Shown here: positions 29,557 through 40,039 of the stretch, in pieces
Numbering within the stretch: position 1 is the stretch's first letter
Layout: the number at the start of each line of letters is the position of its first letter
Assembly: GCA_963720755.1 (NCBI GenBank)
Contig: CAVRGP010000011.1
Span: 256,001-320,000, forward strand
Reading direction: 5' to 3'
DNA length: 64,000 bases
Source of the DNA: an uncultured Chloroflexia bacterium
GTDB lineage: Bacteria; Chloroflexota; Limnocylindria; Limnocylindrales; CSP1-4
Program-made: the position numbers and the translations under genes
The notes under the pieces: model-generated
Database searches by the model: none
What the model was told of the DNA's origin: nothing
Seen by the model: only the letters and a program-made list of their open reading frames with translations

Positions 29557-29655
29557 TCCGCCCGGGAGGTCCATCCACCCGGTCGCGGCGGTACTCTTGG
29601 TCCGATCCGCGGTCCGACGCCCGGCGCCCGGTCGCACAGCACGTGGAGGCCCCGT

Positions 29656-31341
29656 TTGAGTACCCCCGATCCATCGACGGACCAGGTCGAGGCGCTGGCT
29701 GACCGGTTCTGGGAATCGATCCTCGAACTCGACCCGACGACCGCGACGGTCTACGGCGACACTCGCTATGACGACCGGCTGGACGACCCCGGTCCCGATG
29801 GCCGGGCCCGGGTACGAGCGCTCATGGAGCGGACGGCCGCCGAGGCCGAGTCGATCGATCCGGCTGGCCTTCCGACCGAATCGCGGATCACCCTGGATAT
29901 CCTCAAGGTCATCGCCGGTCTGCGCATCGAGGCAGACGACAAGGCGACCCACCAGCTGCGGGTGGTCGATCAGATGGGTGGCCCGCAGCAGGTGCTGCCC
30001 CAGCTCACCCAATTCCAGCCGGCCGACACGCCGGAGCGACTCGACGCGTTCATCGCCAGACTTCACGCGTATCCGGCATACATCGCGGCGAACATCGGCA
30101 TCCTGGAGGATGGGATGGCGTCGGGCCTGACGGCCCCGCGCATCGTCGCCCAGCGCACGATCGCCCAGATCGAGCGGATGCTGGCCTTGCCGCCGGACCA
30201 GGCGGTCGTGCCGTCGATGGTCGCGGTCGCCTCGGAACAGGATCGTGATCGGATCCGCGCGATCGTTCGCGACATCGTCCGGCCCGCCGATGTCGCGTTC
30301 CTGGACGCCCTGAAGGGTCCGTACCTTCAAGCGACCCGTGAGGAGCCGGGGTTGTGGTCAGCACCGGGCGGCGAGGCCCTGTATCGGACGGCGATCCGCA
30401 CCTGGACGACGCTCGACCTTGACCCGGTCGCGGTCCACCAGATCGGTCTCGACGAGCTTGCCTCGATCGAGGCGGAGCGACGCGAGATCAGCCGGGCCGC
30501 GGGCTTCGGTGACGACACCGCCGGGTATCGGGCGTCGATCGACGCGTCCATGGCGAACACGCCGCAGTCGAAGGACCAACTCGTGGCGCGCGCCGCGGAG
30601 GACATCGAGCGGGCGATGGCGGTCGCTCCGCGCTACTTCGGCGTGCTCCCTCGAGCCGGCTGCGAGGTCCGTCCGGTCGAGGAATACAAGGAGAAGGACA
30701 CGCCCTTCGCCTACTACTTCCCGCCGACCATCGACGGCTCTCGACCGGGCATCTACTACGCCAACGGGTACGACCTTGCGACTCGAAAGTATTCGAAGCT
30801 TGCGACGACGACGTATCACGAGGCCGTCCCCGGTCATCACTTCCAGATCGCGCTCGAGATGGAGAACCCACACCTCGATGCCTTCCGTCGACTCGGCGCC
30901 CGGATGGCCGGCGGCGCCTATGTCGAGGGATGGGGGCTGTATGCCGAGCGGTTGGCCGACGAGATGGGTTTGTTCCGCGACGAGACGGAGCGGTTCGGGA
31001 TGCTCGACGCGCAGGCCTGGCGAGCCTGCCGACTCGTGGTCGACACCGGCCTCCATGCCCTGCGATGGCCGCGCCAGCGGTCGATCGACTTCCTGATCGC
31101 GGGTGGCCTGTCCGAGACCGACGCCACGATCGAGACCGATCGGTACATCGGCTGGCCGGGCCAGGCCCTGACCTACAAGATCGGCCAGCGGGAGATCGAG
31201 CGGTTGCGCGCGGAGCTCACAGCCCGCGACGGCAGTGGGTTCGACCTCCGGGCCTTCCACGACGAGGTGCTCGGCCACGGCTCCCTGCCGCTGGCGACAC
31301 TCAGCCGTGAACTTCCGACCTGGCTGGCCGCGCCGGCCTGA
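29656..31341 (+). CDS. DUF885 family protein (putative metallopeptidase)
   Basis: YHEAVPGHHFQ, YVEGWGLYAE, RLVVDTGLH, PGQALTYKIG; GGAGG RBS before a TTG start. Confidence 0.88.
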   Translation: MSTPDPSTDQVEALADRFWESILELDPTTATVYGDTRYDDRLDDPGPDGRARVRALMERTAAEAESIDPAGLPTESRITLDILKVIAGLRIEADDKATHQLRVVDQMGGPQQVLPQLTQFQPADTPERLDAFIARLHAYPAYIAANIGILEDGMASGLTAPRIVAQRTIAQIERMLALPPDQAVVPSMVAVASEQDRDRIRAIVRDIVRPADVAFLDALKGPYLQATREEPGLWSAPGGEALYRTAIRTWTTLDLDPVAVHQIGLDELASIEAERREISRAAGFGDDTAGYRASIDASMANTPQSKDQLVARAAEDIERAMAVAPRYFGVLPRAGCEVRPVEEYKEKDTPFAYYFPPTIDGSRPGIYYANGYDLATRKYSKLATTTYHEAVPGHHFQIALEMENPHLDAFRRLGARMAGGAYVEGWGLYAERLADEMGLFRDETERFGMLDAQAWRACRLVVDTGLHALRWPRQRSIDFLIAGGLSETDATIETDRYIGWPGQALTYKIGQREIERLRAELTARDGSGFDLRAFHDEVLGHGSLPLATLSRELPTWLAAPA

Positions 31342-31344
31342 CGG

Positions 31345-32745
31345 CTACGAGTCGAACCCGATCCCGAGCGCGTCGAGCGTCCGCAGCAGGATCGATCGCC
31401 GGCCGGCCTCCCGGTCCGCCCGATCGAGTTCGTGGCGGACGATGTCCACGGCAAGCGACCGGACCGGTTCGGGCGGGAATGGGACGGGCGGGCTCGAAAC
31501 CAGGCGCAGTCGCAGCCGATCCTCGTCGGGCCGCAGGATGAAGTCCCGCACGACGCCCCCGGCCCACCGGCTCGCACCCACGCCCAGGCCGGTATACCCC
31601 AGCGCATAGGTGACTCGACCGCCCATCGTCTGGCCGAACGTGACGGTGAACCGCGTCGTCGTGTCGATGGCGCCTCCCCAGCGATACGGGAAGGCCAGAT
31701 CCGGGAGCTGGGGGAAGGCGCGCCGGAACTGGGCCTCCAGCTTGGCGAACGTGGTGGGGCGATGGTCGAGTTCCGGGGCGACCCGACTGCCGCGGTAGTG
31801 GATTGCGTCGTAGCCGCCCCACAGGATCCGATCGTCCCGGGTCAGACGGAAGTAGTGGAACTGGTTGTTCGAATCGGACAGGCCCTGCCGACGGGCCCAT
31901 CCGACCATCACGCGTTGGTCGGGGGTCAGCGGCTCGGAGACCAGGACGTAGTCGTAGACGGGGACGAAGACCGACCGCAGCCGGGCGAGCCACCCGGAAT
32001 AGGCGGAGGTGGCCACGACGGCGTGGCTGGCCCGGACCGCGCCGCCTCCGACGACCGAGGCGACGACGCCGCCGGCCCGGCGCTCGAGGCGGGCCACCTG
32101 CGACCGCTCGTGGACTCGGATGCCGCGTTGCCGGGCGACCCGGGCCAGCCCGCGGCACAGGGCCGCCGGGTCGACCAGGACATCCCGGCCGGGCGGGCGA
32201 TACAGGCCAGCCTGCCAGATCGGCGAACGGATCTCGTCCTGGACGGCCGCCCGATCCAGGAACTCGAGCGTCTCCCCGTACTCGGCTGCTTCGTCGACCC
32301 ACGCTCGGAACTCGTCGACCTGGTGGGGCTGATCGGCCAGGCTGAGCGTCCCGGTCTCCTCGAGATCGCAGTCGATGCCGTGGTCGCGCGTGAACTCGAC
32401 CAGTCCCTGCAGGTTGGCCAGACCCTCTGCCTCGAGCCGTTCCAGTTCGTCAGGGAAATGGCGGATCCCGTTGGCCAGGCCGTGGGTGAGTGAAGCCTCG
32501 CAGAACCCGCCGTTCCGGCCGCTGGCTCCGAACCCCACGGTCTCCGCCTCGAGGACCATGACGGTCAGGCTCGGGTCCGTGTCGGTCAGGGCGAGCGCCG
32601 TCCAGAGGCCGGTGAACCCGGCCCCGATGACGACGACGTCCGCTCGCGCGTCTCCGCGCGGTGGCGCCTCAGCCGGCGGGCCAGGCTCGCGCAGCCAATA
32701 GCTCACGCCTTCGACGGGTCCGGGTCGCCTGACGTTGGGTGACAC
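31345..32745 (-). CDS. FAD-dependent amine oxidoreductase (PuuB/DAO-like)
   Basis: SYW, IGAGFTGLWTA, GASGRNGG, WGGAID, YTGLGVGAS. Confidence 0.85.
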   Translation of the reverse strand: MSPNVRRPGPVEGVSYWLREPGPPAEAPPRGDARADVVVIGAGFTGLWTALALTDTDPSLTVMVLEAETVGFGASGRNGGFCEASLTHGLANGIRHFPDELERLEAEGLANLQGLVEFTRDHGIDCDLEETGTLSLADQPHQVDEFRAWVDEAAEYGETLEFLDRAAVQDEIRSPIWQAGLYRPPGRDVLVDPAALCRGLARVARQRGIRVHERSQVARLERRAGGVVASVVGGGAVRASHAVVATSAYSGWLARLRSVFVPVYDYVLVSEPLTPDQRVMVGWARRQGLSDSNNQFHYFRLTRDDRILWGGYDAIHYRGSRVAPELDHRPTTFAKLEAQFRRAFPQLPDLAFPYRWGGAIDTTTRFTVTFGQTMGGRVTYALGYTGLGVGASRWAGGVVRDFILRPDEDRLRLRLVSSPPVPFPPEPVRSLAVDIVRHELDRADREAGRRSILLRTLDALGIGFDS

Positions 32746-32884
32746 CCATCTATGGTGACACGGCCATCGGTGCTTCCCGTGCGTGGAGACGCTGTCTGGT
32801 GCGGTATTCGTCGCATTCGTACGTGATCCGCACGATTATCGCGTTGACGAGCGTTCGGCGCTTGTGGCACGATGCGCAGGTTCT

Positions 32885-32901
32885 GTTCCGTCCAGCGCAA
32901 C
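32885..32901. promoter_or_regulatory. putative IclR-family operator
   Basis: imperfect palindrome GTTCCG-N5-CGCAAC just downstream of a TTGACG-18-CACGAT promoter; IclR gene in the same operon. Confidence 0.45.
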
Positions 32902-32945
32902 GAGCGTCTCGCGGAGCGGGCCGATCCGCCGTAGTTGAGGACCAG

Positions 32946-34340
32946 ATGACCACCCGACCCGCCCTGCCCCAGCCCCTGGCGCGAGCCACCCAGACCGAGA
33001 TGTACGCCCGAGCGCGTCGCACGCTGCCCGGCGGCGCCAATTCGAACTTCCGGGCCTGGGGCGACGACACGATCTATGTCGATCGAGGCAAAGGCGGCCT
33101 GGTCTGGGACATGGACGGCAACGAGTACATCGATCTGCGGATGGGGTATGGGCCGGTCATCCTCGGGCATGGCGACGAGCGGGTCGACGACCACGTCAAC
33201 GAGCGGATGCGCAGGGGCGTCAGTTTCTCGCTGACGTCGGAGGACGAGGTCCAGGCGATGGAGCTGGTCAAGGAGCTGACCGGCTGGGTCGACAAGGTCC
33301 GGATGACCGTGTCCGGGACGGAAGCGACGATGCACGCGATGCGCGTCGCGCGCGCCTACACCGGCCGGGACCGGATCGTGAAATTCGAGGGCCAGTACCA
33401 CGGCGTCCACGACTACGCCCTGATCAGCGTCGGGCCGGACAAGATGTCCGAGCTCGGCGACAAGGACGCGCCAGTGGCCCTGGCCTGGGGCCGGGGCATC
33501 CCTGATGCGGTCGCAGCCACGATCATCCCGGCGCGCTACAACAATATCGAGGCGCTCCGCCGGCTGTTCGAAGCCCGTGGTGAAGAGATCGCCGCGATCA
33601 TCGTCGAGCCGGTCCTCGGCAACGCCCAGGGGATCATGCCCAAGCCCGGGTTCCATCAGGCGATGCGGGCGCTCACGGAGGAGTACGGCATCCTCCTGAT
33701 CTTCGACGAGGTGAAGACCGGCTTCCGCTTCGCCAAGGGCGGAGCCGCCGAGTTCTTCGGCATCAAGCCGGACCTCGCGACCTACGCCAAGGCGATGGGC
33801 AACGGCTATCCGGCCGCCGCATTCGGCGGTCGAGAGGAAGTGATGAGCGTCCTTCCGGACAAGGTCAGCCACGGCGGAACGTACGCCGGCAACCGGGTGG
33901 CCGCAGCGGCCGCCGTGAAGACCCTCACCATCCTGCGCGACACGGACGCCCTCGATGTCATCCATGCCACCGGTCGGCGGGTCCAGGACGGCCTCCGCGA
34001 GGTGTTGAATCCGACCGGATTGCCGTACCACTTCACCGGCCACCCGAGCATGTTCGGGATCATGTTCTCGGTCGAGGAAGCGTCGGAGTATCGCGACTGG
34101 GCCGACACGGACCACGAGCTCTACGACGCCATCGCCGTCGGGATGCACGCTCGGGGTGCCATGCCCGAACCGGACTCGCGTGAGCCGTGGTTCTTCTGCG
34201 AGGCGCACGCCGAGGGTGACATCGTCGACCGGGTCGTCTCGATCTTCTCCGACTCCCTCGACGCCGCTCTCGAGGACCGGGCCCACGGCAAGCTCGGCGA
34301 GCCGACGACTGGCGCGATGTCACATCCGACAGCCGGTTGA
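32946..34340 (+). CDS. class III PLP aminotransferase (glutamate-1-semialdehyde aminomutase-like)
   Basis: DMDGNEYID, SGTEATMHA, FEGQYHG, IFDEVKTGFR, YAKAMGNG, HGGTYAGN. Confidence 0.88.
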   Translation: MTTRPALPQPLARATQTEMYARARRTLPGGANSNFRAWGDDTIYVDRGKGGLVWDMDGNEYIDLRMGYGPVILGHGDERVDDHVNERMRRGVSFSLTSEDEVQAMELVKELTGWVDKVRMTVSGTEATMHAMRVARAYTGRDRIVKFEGQYHGVHDYALISVGPDKMSELGDKDAPVALAWGRGIPDAVAATIIPARYNNIEALRRLFEARGEEIAAIIVEPVLGNAQGIMPKPGFHQAMRALTEEYGILLIFDEVKTGFRFAKGGAAEFFGIKPDLATYAKAMGNGYPAAAFGGREEVMSVLPDKVSHGGTYAGNRVAAAAAVKTLTILRDTDALDVIHATGRRVQDGLREVLNPTGLPYHFTGHPSMFGIMFSVEEASEYRDWADTDHELYDAIAVGMHARGAMPEPDSREPWFFCEAHAEGDIVDRVVSIFSDSLDAALEDRAHGKLGEPTTGAMSHPTAG

Positions 34341-34354
34341 ACGGGCCGGGCGGG

Positions 34355-35125
34355 ATGGTCCTCGACGGCAACGCCGTTCGGTCGGTCGATCGAGCGGCGG
34401 CGTTGCTACTCGCCCTCGGTGAGAGCCAGGGCGAGGCCGGGGTCACGGAGCTCGCCCGCAGGCTTGGGCTGCACAAGTCGACGGCATCGCGACTGCTCGC
34501 CACGCTGCAGAAGCGGGGCCTCGTCGAGCAGGACCACGAGACAGGCAAATACCGGCTCGGGCTCGTCGTCATCCGGCTCGCTGAACGTGCCGAGCGAACC
34601 CTCGATCTGCGCAGCATCGCCCTCCCGGAGCTCGAGCGTCTTGCCCGTCTGACCCACGAAACGACCGGTCTCGGGATCTTCGATGGCGACACGATGCTGT
34701 CGGTCGCCCAGGTGGATGGGCCGAACCTCAGCGCCGTCGCGGACTGGACCGGGCGGGCCACACCGCTCCACTGCGTCGCGACCGGCAAGGTCCTGCTCTC
34801 CTCGCTGGCCGAACGCGAGGTCCTTCGGATCGTCCGGCGTGGTCTGGTCAGCTACACGGAACGGACCATCGTCGAGCTCGAGCCGTTGCTCGAAGAGCTT
34901 GCGCGGATCCGGCGTCGCGGCTATGCCACGGCGATCGGCGAATATGAGACCGGGCTCAACGCGGTCGCGGCTCCGGTCTACGACGCCCGTGCCAATGTCG
35001 TCGCCGCGGTCGACATCTGGGGCCCGGCCTTCAGGCTCACTCCCCGGCGGATGCCCGAACTCGCGGCGCAGGCGCGGGAGGCGGCGGCAGCCATCTCCGT
35101 CCGGCTCGGCGGCGCGGCCGCCTGA
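34355..35125 (+). CDS. IclR family transcriptional regulator
   Basis: VRSVDRA, ELARRLGLHKSTASRLL HTH, PLHCVATGK, RRRGYA. Confidence 0.92.
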   Translation: MVLDGNAVRSVDRAAALLLALGESQGEAGVTELARRLGLHKSTASRLLATLQKRGLVEQDHETGKYRLGLVVIRLAERAERTLDLRSIALPELERLARLTHETTGLGIFDGDTMLSVAQVDGPNLSAVADWTGRATPLHCVATGKVLLSSLAEREVLRIVRRGLVSYTERTIVELEPLLEELARIRRRGYATAIGEYETGLNAVAAPVYDARANVVAAVDIWGPAFRLTPRRMPELAAQAREAAAAISVRLGGAAA

Positions 35126-35179
35126 GCCACGCCGCGGCCGGTCACGCGAACGGCGGTCGGCGCGCTACCCTTGGAGACG

Positions 35180-36073
35180 ATGCCCGACTTCGAGTCCAAA
35201 CCCTGGAATGAGATCGGCCGGATCTTCACCCAAGAACTCCTGCCGGTCCTGATCATCATCGTCGGCGGCCTGATCGCGATGCGCCTGTCGCGCGTGTTCG
35301 TCCACGGCATCGTCAAGTCGCTGCTCGATCGCGAGGTCGCCGAGGGGACGGCCCAGGAACTGAGCGCGGTCGAGTCGAAGAAGCGGATGGACACGCTCGA
35401 CGGGTTTGGCGCCGCGACCATCCAGGCGTTCATCGCCGTCATCGTCACGCTGATGGTGCTCGGTCAGGTCGGCTTCGACATCGGGCCGGCGGTGGCCGGG
35501 CTCGGGGTCGTCGGGATCGCCGTCGGCTTCGGGGCCCAAAGCCTCGTCCGCGACTACCTCAACGGGGCGCTGATCCTGATCGAGAACCAGTTCGCCAAGG
35601 GTGACGTGATCCGGGTCGCCGGTGTCGCCGGGACGGTCGAGGACTTCACCCTTCGGCGGACGACCCTGCGCGATCTCGATGGGGTCGTCCATACCGTTCC
35701 GAACGGCGAGATCACCGTTGCCTCCAACATGACCCGCGTGTGGGCCAGGATCAATCTCGACATCTCGGTCGCCTACGGCACCGACATCGACGCCGTGTTC
35801 GAGATCGTCGGCCAGATCGGTCGGGACATGGCCGCCGATCCGACCTGGAAGCGCCGGGTCCTCGAGGCACCGGTGGTCGATCGGGTCCAGGCGCTGGCCG
35901 ACAGCGGCGTGACACTCAAGGTACTCGGGACCGTCCGGGCGCAGGACCAGTGGGCGGCCACGGGCGACCTGCGGCGGCGGATCCTCGCCGCATTCGCCGA
36001 ACATGGCATCGAGATCCCGTTCCCGCACGTCGTCGCCGTCATCCGCAGCGAGACGCCGGACGCCGGCGGATAG
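35180..36073 (+). CDS. mscS: small-conductance mechanosensitive channel family protein
   Basis: [42 protein letters not shown]. Confidence 0.88.
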   Translation: MPDFESKPWNEIGRIFTQELLPVLIIIVGGLIAMRLSRVFVHGIVKSLLDREVAEGTAQELSAVESKKRMDTLDGFGAATIQAFIAVIVTLMVLGQVGFDIGPAVAGLGVVGIAVGFGAQSLVRDYLNGALILIENQFAKGDVIRVAGVAGTVEDFTLRRTTLRDLDGVVHTVPNGEITVASNMTRVWARINLDISVAYGTDIDAVFEIVGQIGRDMAADPTWKRRVLEAPVVDRVQALADSGVTLKVLGTVRAQDQWAATGDLRRRILAAFAEHGIEIPFPHVVAVIRSETPDAGG

Positions 36074-36144
36074 ATCGGTCGTTCCACTCGGTTTCCGCGC
36101 GCGGTAGGATGGCTGCGCAGGCCGACTTCGAACGCGAGGGAACC

Positions 36145-38109
36145 GTGACCGCTGACCAGCCGACTTCTCCCCCCGAGATCGAGAACCTCCTCGCAGAGTC
36201 GCGACTCTTCCCGCCGGATCCCGCCTTCGCCGCCCAGGCTAACGCGACCGCCGATCTGTATGCGGAAGCCGACGCCGACTTCGAGGCGTTCTGGGCGACG
36301 CGCGCCAGGGAGCGGATCGACTGGTCCACGCCGTTCGAAACCACGCTGGAGTGGGACCTCCCATTCGCCAAGTGGTTCACCGGTGGCCGACTGAACGTCG
36401 CCTACAACTGCGTCGACCGTCATGTCGAGCGCGGACTCGGCGACAAGGTGGCGTACCACTGGATCGGGGAGCCCGGCGATACCCGGACGCTTACCTTCGC
36501 CGACCTCCAGCGCGAGGTCAGCAAGACGGCCAATGCCCTGAAGGAGCTGGGCGTCGAGACCGGCGACCGGGTCGCCATCTACATGCCGATGATCCCGGAG
36601 CTGCCGATCGCCATGCTCGCCTGCGCCCGGATCGGGGCGCCCCACACGGTCGTGTTCGGTGGATTCTCGGCGGAGGCGTTGTCCGGCCGGATCAACGACT
36701 GCGGGGCGAAGGTGCTCATCACGGCGGACGGCGGCTATCGGCGGGGCAAGGCGGTCGGCCTCAAACACCATGCCGACGAAGCCCTGGCGGATACGCCCAC
36801 GATCGAGGCGACGATCGTCGTCAATCGGCTGGGCCACGATGTCCACATGGTCCCCGAGCGGGATCATTGGTGGCATGACATCGTCGATCGCCAATCTGTC
36901 GACTGCCCGCCCGTCCCGGTGGATTCGGAGCATCCCCTCTACCTGCTCTATACCTCGGGGACGACGGCCAAGCCCAAGGGCATCCTCCACACCACGGCGG
37001 GCTACCTCCTGGGGGCGTCGTTCAGCCACGACGTCGTCTTCGACATCAAACCGGACGACGTCTACTGGTGTGCGGCGGACATCGGGTGGGTGACCGGACA
37101 CAGCTACATCGTCTACGGACCGCTGGCCAATGCCTCCACCGGGATCATGTACGAAGGCGCCCCGGACACGCCGGCGTGGGATCGCTGGTGGCAGATCGTC
37201 GAGGATTACAAGGTCACCATCCTCTACTGCGCGCCGACCGCGATCCGGGCGTTCATGAAGCAAGGCGAGGCCTGGCCGGATCGGCACGACCTGTCGACCC
37301 TGCGCGTCCTCGGATCGGTCGGCGAGCCGATCAATCCAGAAGCCTGGCTGTGGTACCGCGAACACATCGGCGGTAACCGGGCGCCGGTCGTGGACACCTG
37401 GTGGCAGACAGAGACGGGACAGATCCTGATCACCCCGCTACCCGGTGTGACGGTGACCAAGCCCGGCTCGGCCACCTTCCCGTTCCCTGGTATCGACGCG
37501 GATGTCGTGGACGCGGACGGCAAGTCGGTCCCGCTGGGCGGCGGCGGCTATCTCGTCCTCAAGCGCCCGTGGCCAGCCATGCTGCGGGGGATCTACGGCG
37601 ATCCGGAGCGATACCGCGAGACCTACTGGAAGCGGTTCCCCGGGATGTACTTCGCGGGCGACGGCGCCAAGCGCGACCTGGACGGATACCTGTGGCTGCT
37701 CGGCCGGGTCGACGACGTCATGAATATCGCCGGTCATCGGATCTCGACGACCGAGGTCGAATTGGCCCTGGTCGACCACAAGTCGGTTGCGGAAGCCGCG
37801 GTCGTCGGCAAGAAGGACGACATCTCCGGCCAGGCGATCTTCGCGTTCGTCATCCTCAAGGCCGACCAGGAACCATCCGATGCACTCGGCGTCCAGCTCC
37901 GGGAACACGTCGCCTACGTCATCGGCCCGATCGCGCGGCCCAAGTTCCTGATGTTCGTCCCGGATCTGCCCAAGACACGCTCGGGCAAGATCATGCGTCG
38001 TCTGTTGCGAGATATCGCCGAGGGCCGGGCGCTCGGCGATACGACGACCCTGGCCGATGCCGGTGTCGTGGACACGATCCGCGAGCATTCCGGCGCGGCG
38101 GAGGAGTGA
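36145..38109 (+). CDS. acs: acetyl-CoA synthetase
   Basis: [48 protein letters not shown]. Confidence 0.95.
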   Translation: MTADQPTSPPEIENLLAESRLFPPDPAFAAQANATADLYAEADADFEAFWATRARERIDWSTPFETTLEWDLPFAKWFTGGRLNVAYNCVDRHVERGLGDKVAYHWIGEPGDTRTLTFADLQREVSKTANALKELGVETGDRVAIYMPMIPELPIAMLACARIGAPHTVVFGGFSAEALSGRINDCGAKVLITADGGYRRGKAVGLKHHADEALADTPTIEATIVVNRLGHDVHMVPERDHWWHDIVDRQSVDCPPVPVDSEHPLYLLYTSGTTAKPKGILHTTAGYLLGASFSHDVVFDIKPDDVYWCAADIGWVTGHSYIVYGPLANASTGIMYEGAPDTPAWDRWWQIVEDYKVTILYCAPTAIRAFMKQGEAWPDRHDLSTLRVLGSVGEPINPEAWLWYREHIGGNRAPVVDTWWQTETGQILITPLPGVTVTKPGSATFPFPGIDADVVDADGKSVPLGGGGYLVLKRPWPAMLRGIYGDPERYRETYWKRFPGMYFAGDGAKRDLDGYLWLLGRVDDVMNIAGHRISTTEVELALVDHKSVAEAAVVGKKDDISGQAIFAFVILKADQEPSDALGVQLREHVAYVIGPIARPKFLMFVPDLPKTRSGKIMRRLLRDIAEGRALGDTTTLADAGVVDTIREHSGAAEE

Positions 38110-38110
38110 C

Positions 38111-38755
38111 ATGCCGTTCGACTTCCTGAAGCGCAAGAAGCCCGAGGCCGAGCCGCCCATCCCCACGGCGAACGTCGACGCCACTCCGCACGGCACCCAG
38201 TTCGATGGATTGACCGAGGAGTGGCGGTTGACCGGGCGGATGATCATCGACGGGCGGCTGTCCGATGCGCTCAACAAGCGGGAGCCGATCACCATCGATG
38301 ACGTGAGCTGGGCGCCGGTGGACGGATCCGGGCCGATGGCCCCCGCCCCGGGCTTCAAGTCGGTCGATCCGTACGATCTGGTCATCGTCTTCGCCGACGA
38401 GGCCTCGCTCGCGGCTCAGACGGACGAGGAACGGGCCGCCCATCGAGTCCACAAGGTCACCTATGAAGTCGCCCTCGAGGCACCGCCATACCGTGTCGTC
38501 GGCACGGTCCTGCTGTACCCGGGGTCCGAACCCGATTCACTCTTGCAGCGGTCCTCGGAGATGTTCGTACCGGTCGTCGATGCGAGGGCGACCATCGGCG
38601 GCCGGCCCATCGGATCCGAGATCGCAACCGCCATCCTCGTCAATCGCCAATACCTGCGCGGGGTCGAGCAGGTCGATGCCCGGACCGGCGAGGCGCATGA
38701 AAAGCTGCCCGGAACGTCGATGGGCGGCGTCAACTGGTCGGATCGCAGTCGCTGA
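38111..38755 (+). CDS. hypothetical protein with two tandem small beta-rich domains (DUF6812-like)
   Basis: GAGGAG RBS; repeated pattern W/Y-R-x-x-G then RLSDALN/DSLLQR, ending ILVNR. Confidence 0.6.
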   Translation: MPFDFLKRKKPEAEPPIPTANVDATPHGTQFDGLTEEWRLTGRMIIDGRLSDALNKREPITIDDVSWAPVDGSGPMAPAPGFKSVDPYDLVIVFADEASLAAQTDEERAAHRVHKVTYEVALEAPPYRVVGTVLLYPGSEPDSLLQRSSEMFVPVVDARATIGGRPIGSEIATAILVNRQYLRGVEQVDARTGEAHEKLPGTSMGGVNWSDRSR

Positions 38756-38773
38756 ACCCGGTCGCGATCGCGG

Positions 38774-40003
38774 TCAGACCGACGCGGCCTCTTTGCTCCG
38801 GATGGGCAACCGGAACCCGACCTTTGGTGCGGGGGCAGGTTTTGGCGTTCCCAGGATCCGGTCGGCCAGCTCGACGAAATCGGTGGTGATCTTCTCTTTC
38901 GGAAACATATCGATGACCGTCCGTCCCTCGTTGGCCGCCCGAACGAACAGGAGACCCCCGGAACGGATCAGCGACAGCGCCGGCATCCCGACCGTTCGCT
39001 CCATGTCCGCGACGCTGAGGCCGCTGTTGGCACGATTGATGACCATCGCCAGACGCTCCCGACAGCCAAGGTCGCCGGCCACGTCGCGCAATTGGACGGC
39101 GGCCCGGACCGCCGGCACATCCGGTGTCACCGGCACGAGGATCCGGTCGGCTTCCTCGAAGATGGCCTGATTCAGCGTGCTGTAGGACGGGTGCAGGTCG
39201 ATGATGATGATGTCGAACAACGACCGCGCTGCAGCGATCGCTGCGGCGACGCGCGGCGGATCGAGCACGTCCGTGTGCAGCGGGGAGTCGGTCAGGGAGA
39301 CGACGCGCATGCCCGAATCATGGGGCGATGAGATGTCGTAGAGGCTCTCGCTCGGACCCCCGTCGGCTTCGTCCCGCCAACTGTCCGCGACGCTTCGCGT
39401 CGAGTCGATCGCCAGCGATGTCGTCACGTGGCCGGTCACCGTGTCCGCGTCGACCAGCAGGACCGACTTGGCCTTGTGAGCCTGGAATGCGGCAGCGAGG
39501 TTGGTCGCCACCGTCGTCTTGCCGACGCCGCCTTTCGGGTTGAACACCGCGATCGTCGTGGCGCGGCCACCCCAGCTGTTGCGCTCGATCTCGCCGCCTT
39601 GCAGGACCGGGCCGCTGCCGTCGTCGACGGTGTCGCGACGGATGCACATCGCCTCGACCCGCCAACGGATCGAGTCGGCCGAATACGGTCGCGTGAAGTA
39701 TTCGTCCCCGACATGGCTGCTGGGCTGGCTGGCAAGCCGGTCGTATGCCCGCGGTGAGACGACGGTCAGCATCGGGACGGTCCGCTCGTCGCCCCCCAGA
39801 TTCGCCTCGTACTCGAGCGCGACCTCGATGTCGATCTCACCGTCAAGGACGGCCAGACCGATCCCGCCACGGGTGTCCATGGCAGCCCGCAGCTCACCAG
39901 GATTCTCGACTGGGACCACCTCGAAGCCGGCGGCGTGCAGTTCCGCGCTGACCGCGATGGATTCACTGGTCGGCAGAGCGACGGCGATGGTGGGGCGGGC
40001 CAC
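38774..40003 (-). CDS. CpaE/TadZ-like protein: atypical receiver domain plus ParA/MinD ATPase
   Basis: NPKGGVGKTT deviant Walker A, LLVDAD, IIIDL, VINRA; N-terminal receiver-like fold. Confidence 0.82.
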   Translation of the reverse strand: MARPTIAVALPTSESIAVSAELHAAGFEVVPVENPGELRAAMDTRGGIGLAVLDGEIDIEVALEYEANLGGDERTVPMLTVVSPRAYDRLASQPSSHVGDEYFTRPYSADSIRWRVEAMCIRRDTVDDGSGPVLQGGEIERNSWGGRATTIAVFNPKGGVGKTTVATNLAAAFQAHKAKSVLLVDADTVTGHVTTSLAIDSTRSVADSWRDEADGGPSESLYDISSPHDSGMRVVSLTDSPLHTDVLDPPRVAAAIAAARSLFDIIIIDLHPSYSTLNQAIFEEADRILVPVTPDVPAVRAAVQLRDVAGDLGCRERLAMVINRANSGLSVADMERTVGMPALSLIRSGGLLFVRAANEGRTVIDMFPKEKITTDFVELADRILGTPKPAPAPKVGFRLPIRSKEAASV

Positions 40004-40039
40004 GCAAGACTCCTTCGGGGCTTTGGGTCTGGGGGTAGG

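Noticed and set aside
26638-30330. 1230-aa minus-strand ORF (also 4341-6710, 39501-41819 and 45134-47539)
   Set aside because: Antisense shadows of real genes, expected when stop codons are rare in high-GC DNA; no recognisable motifs
32946-34340. Assigning the symbol hemL
   Set aside because: The catabolic IclR context and absence of hem genes make orthology uncertain
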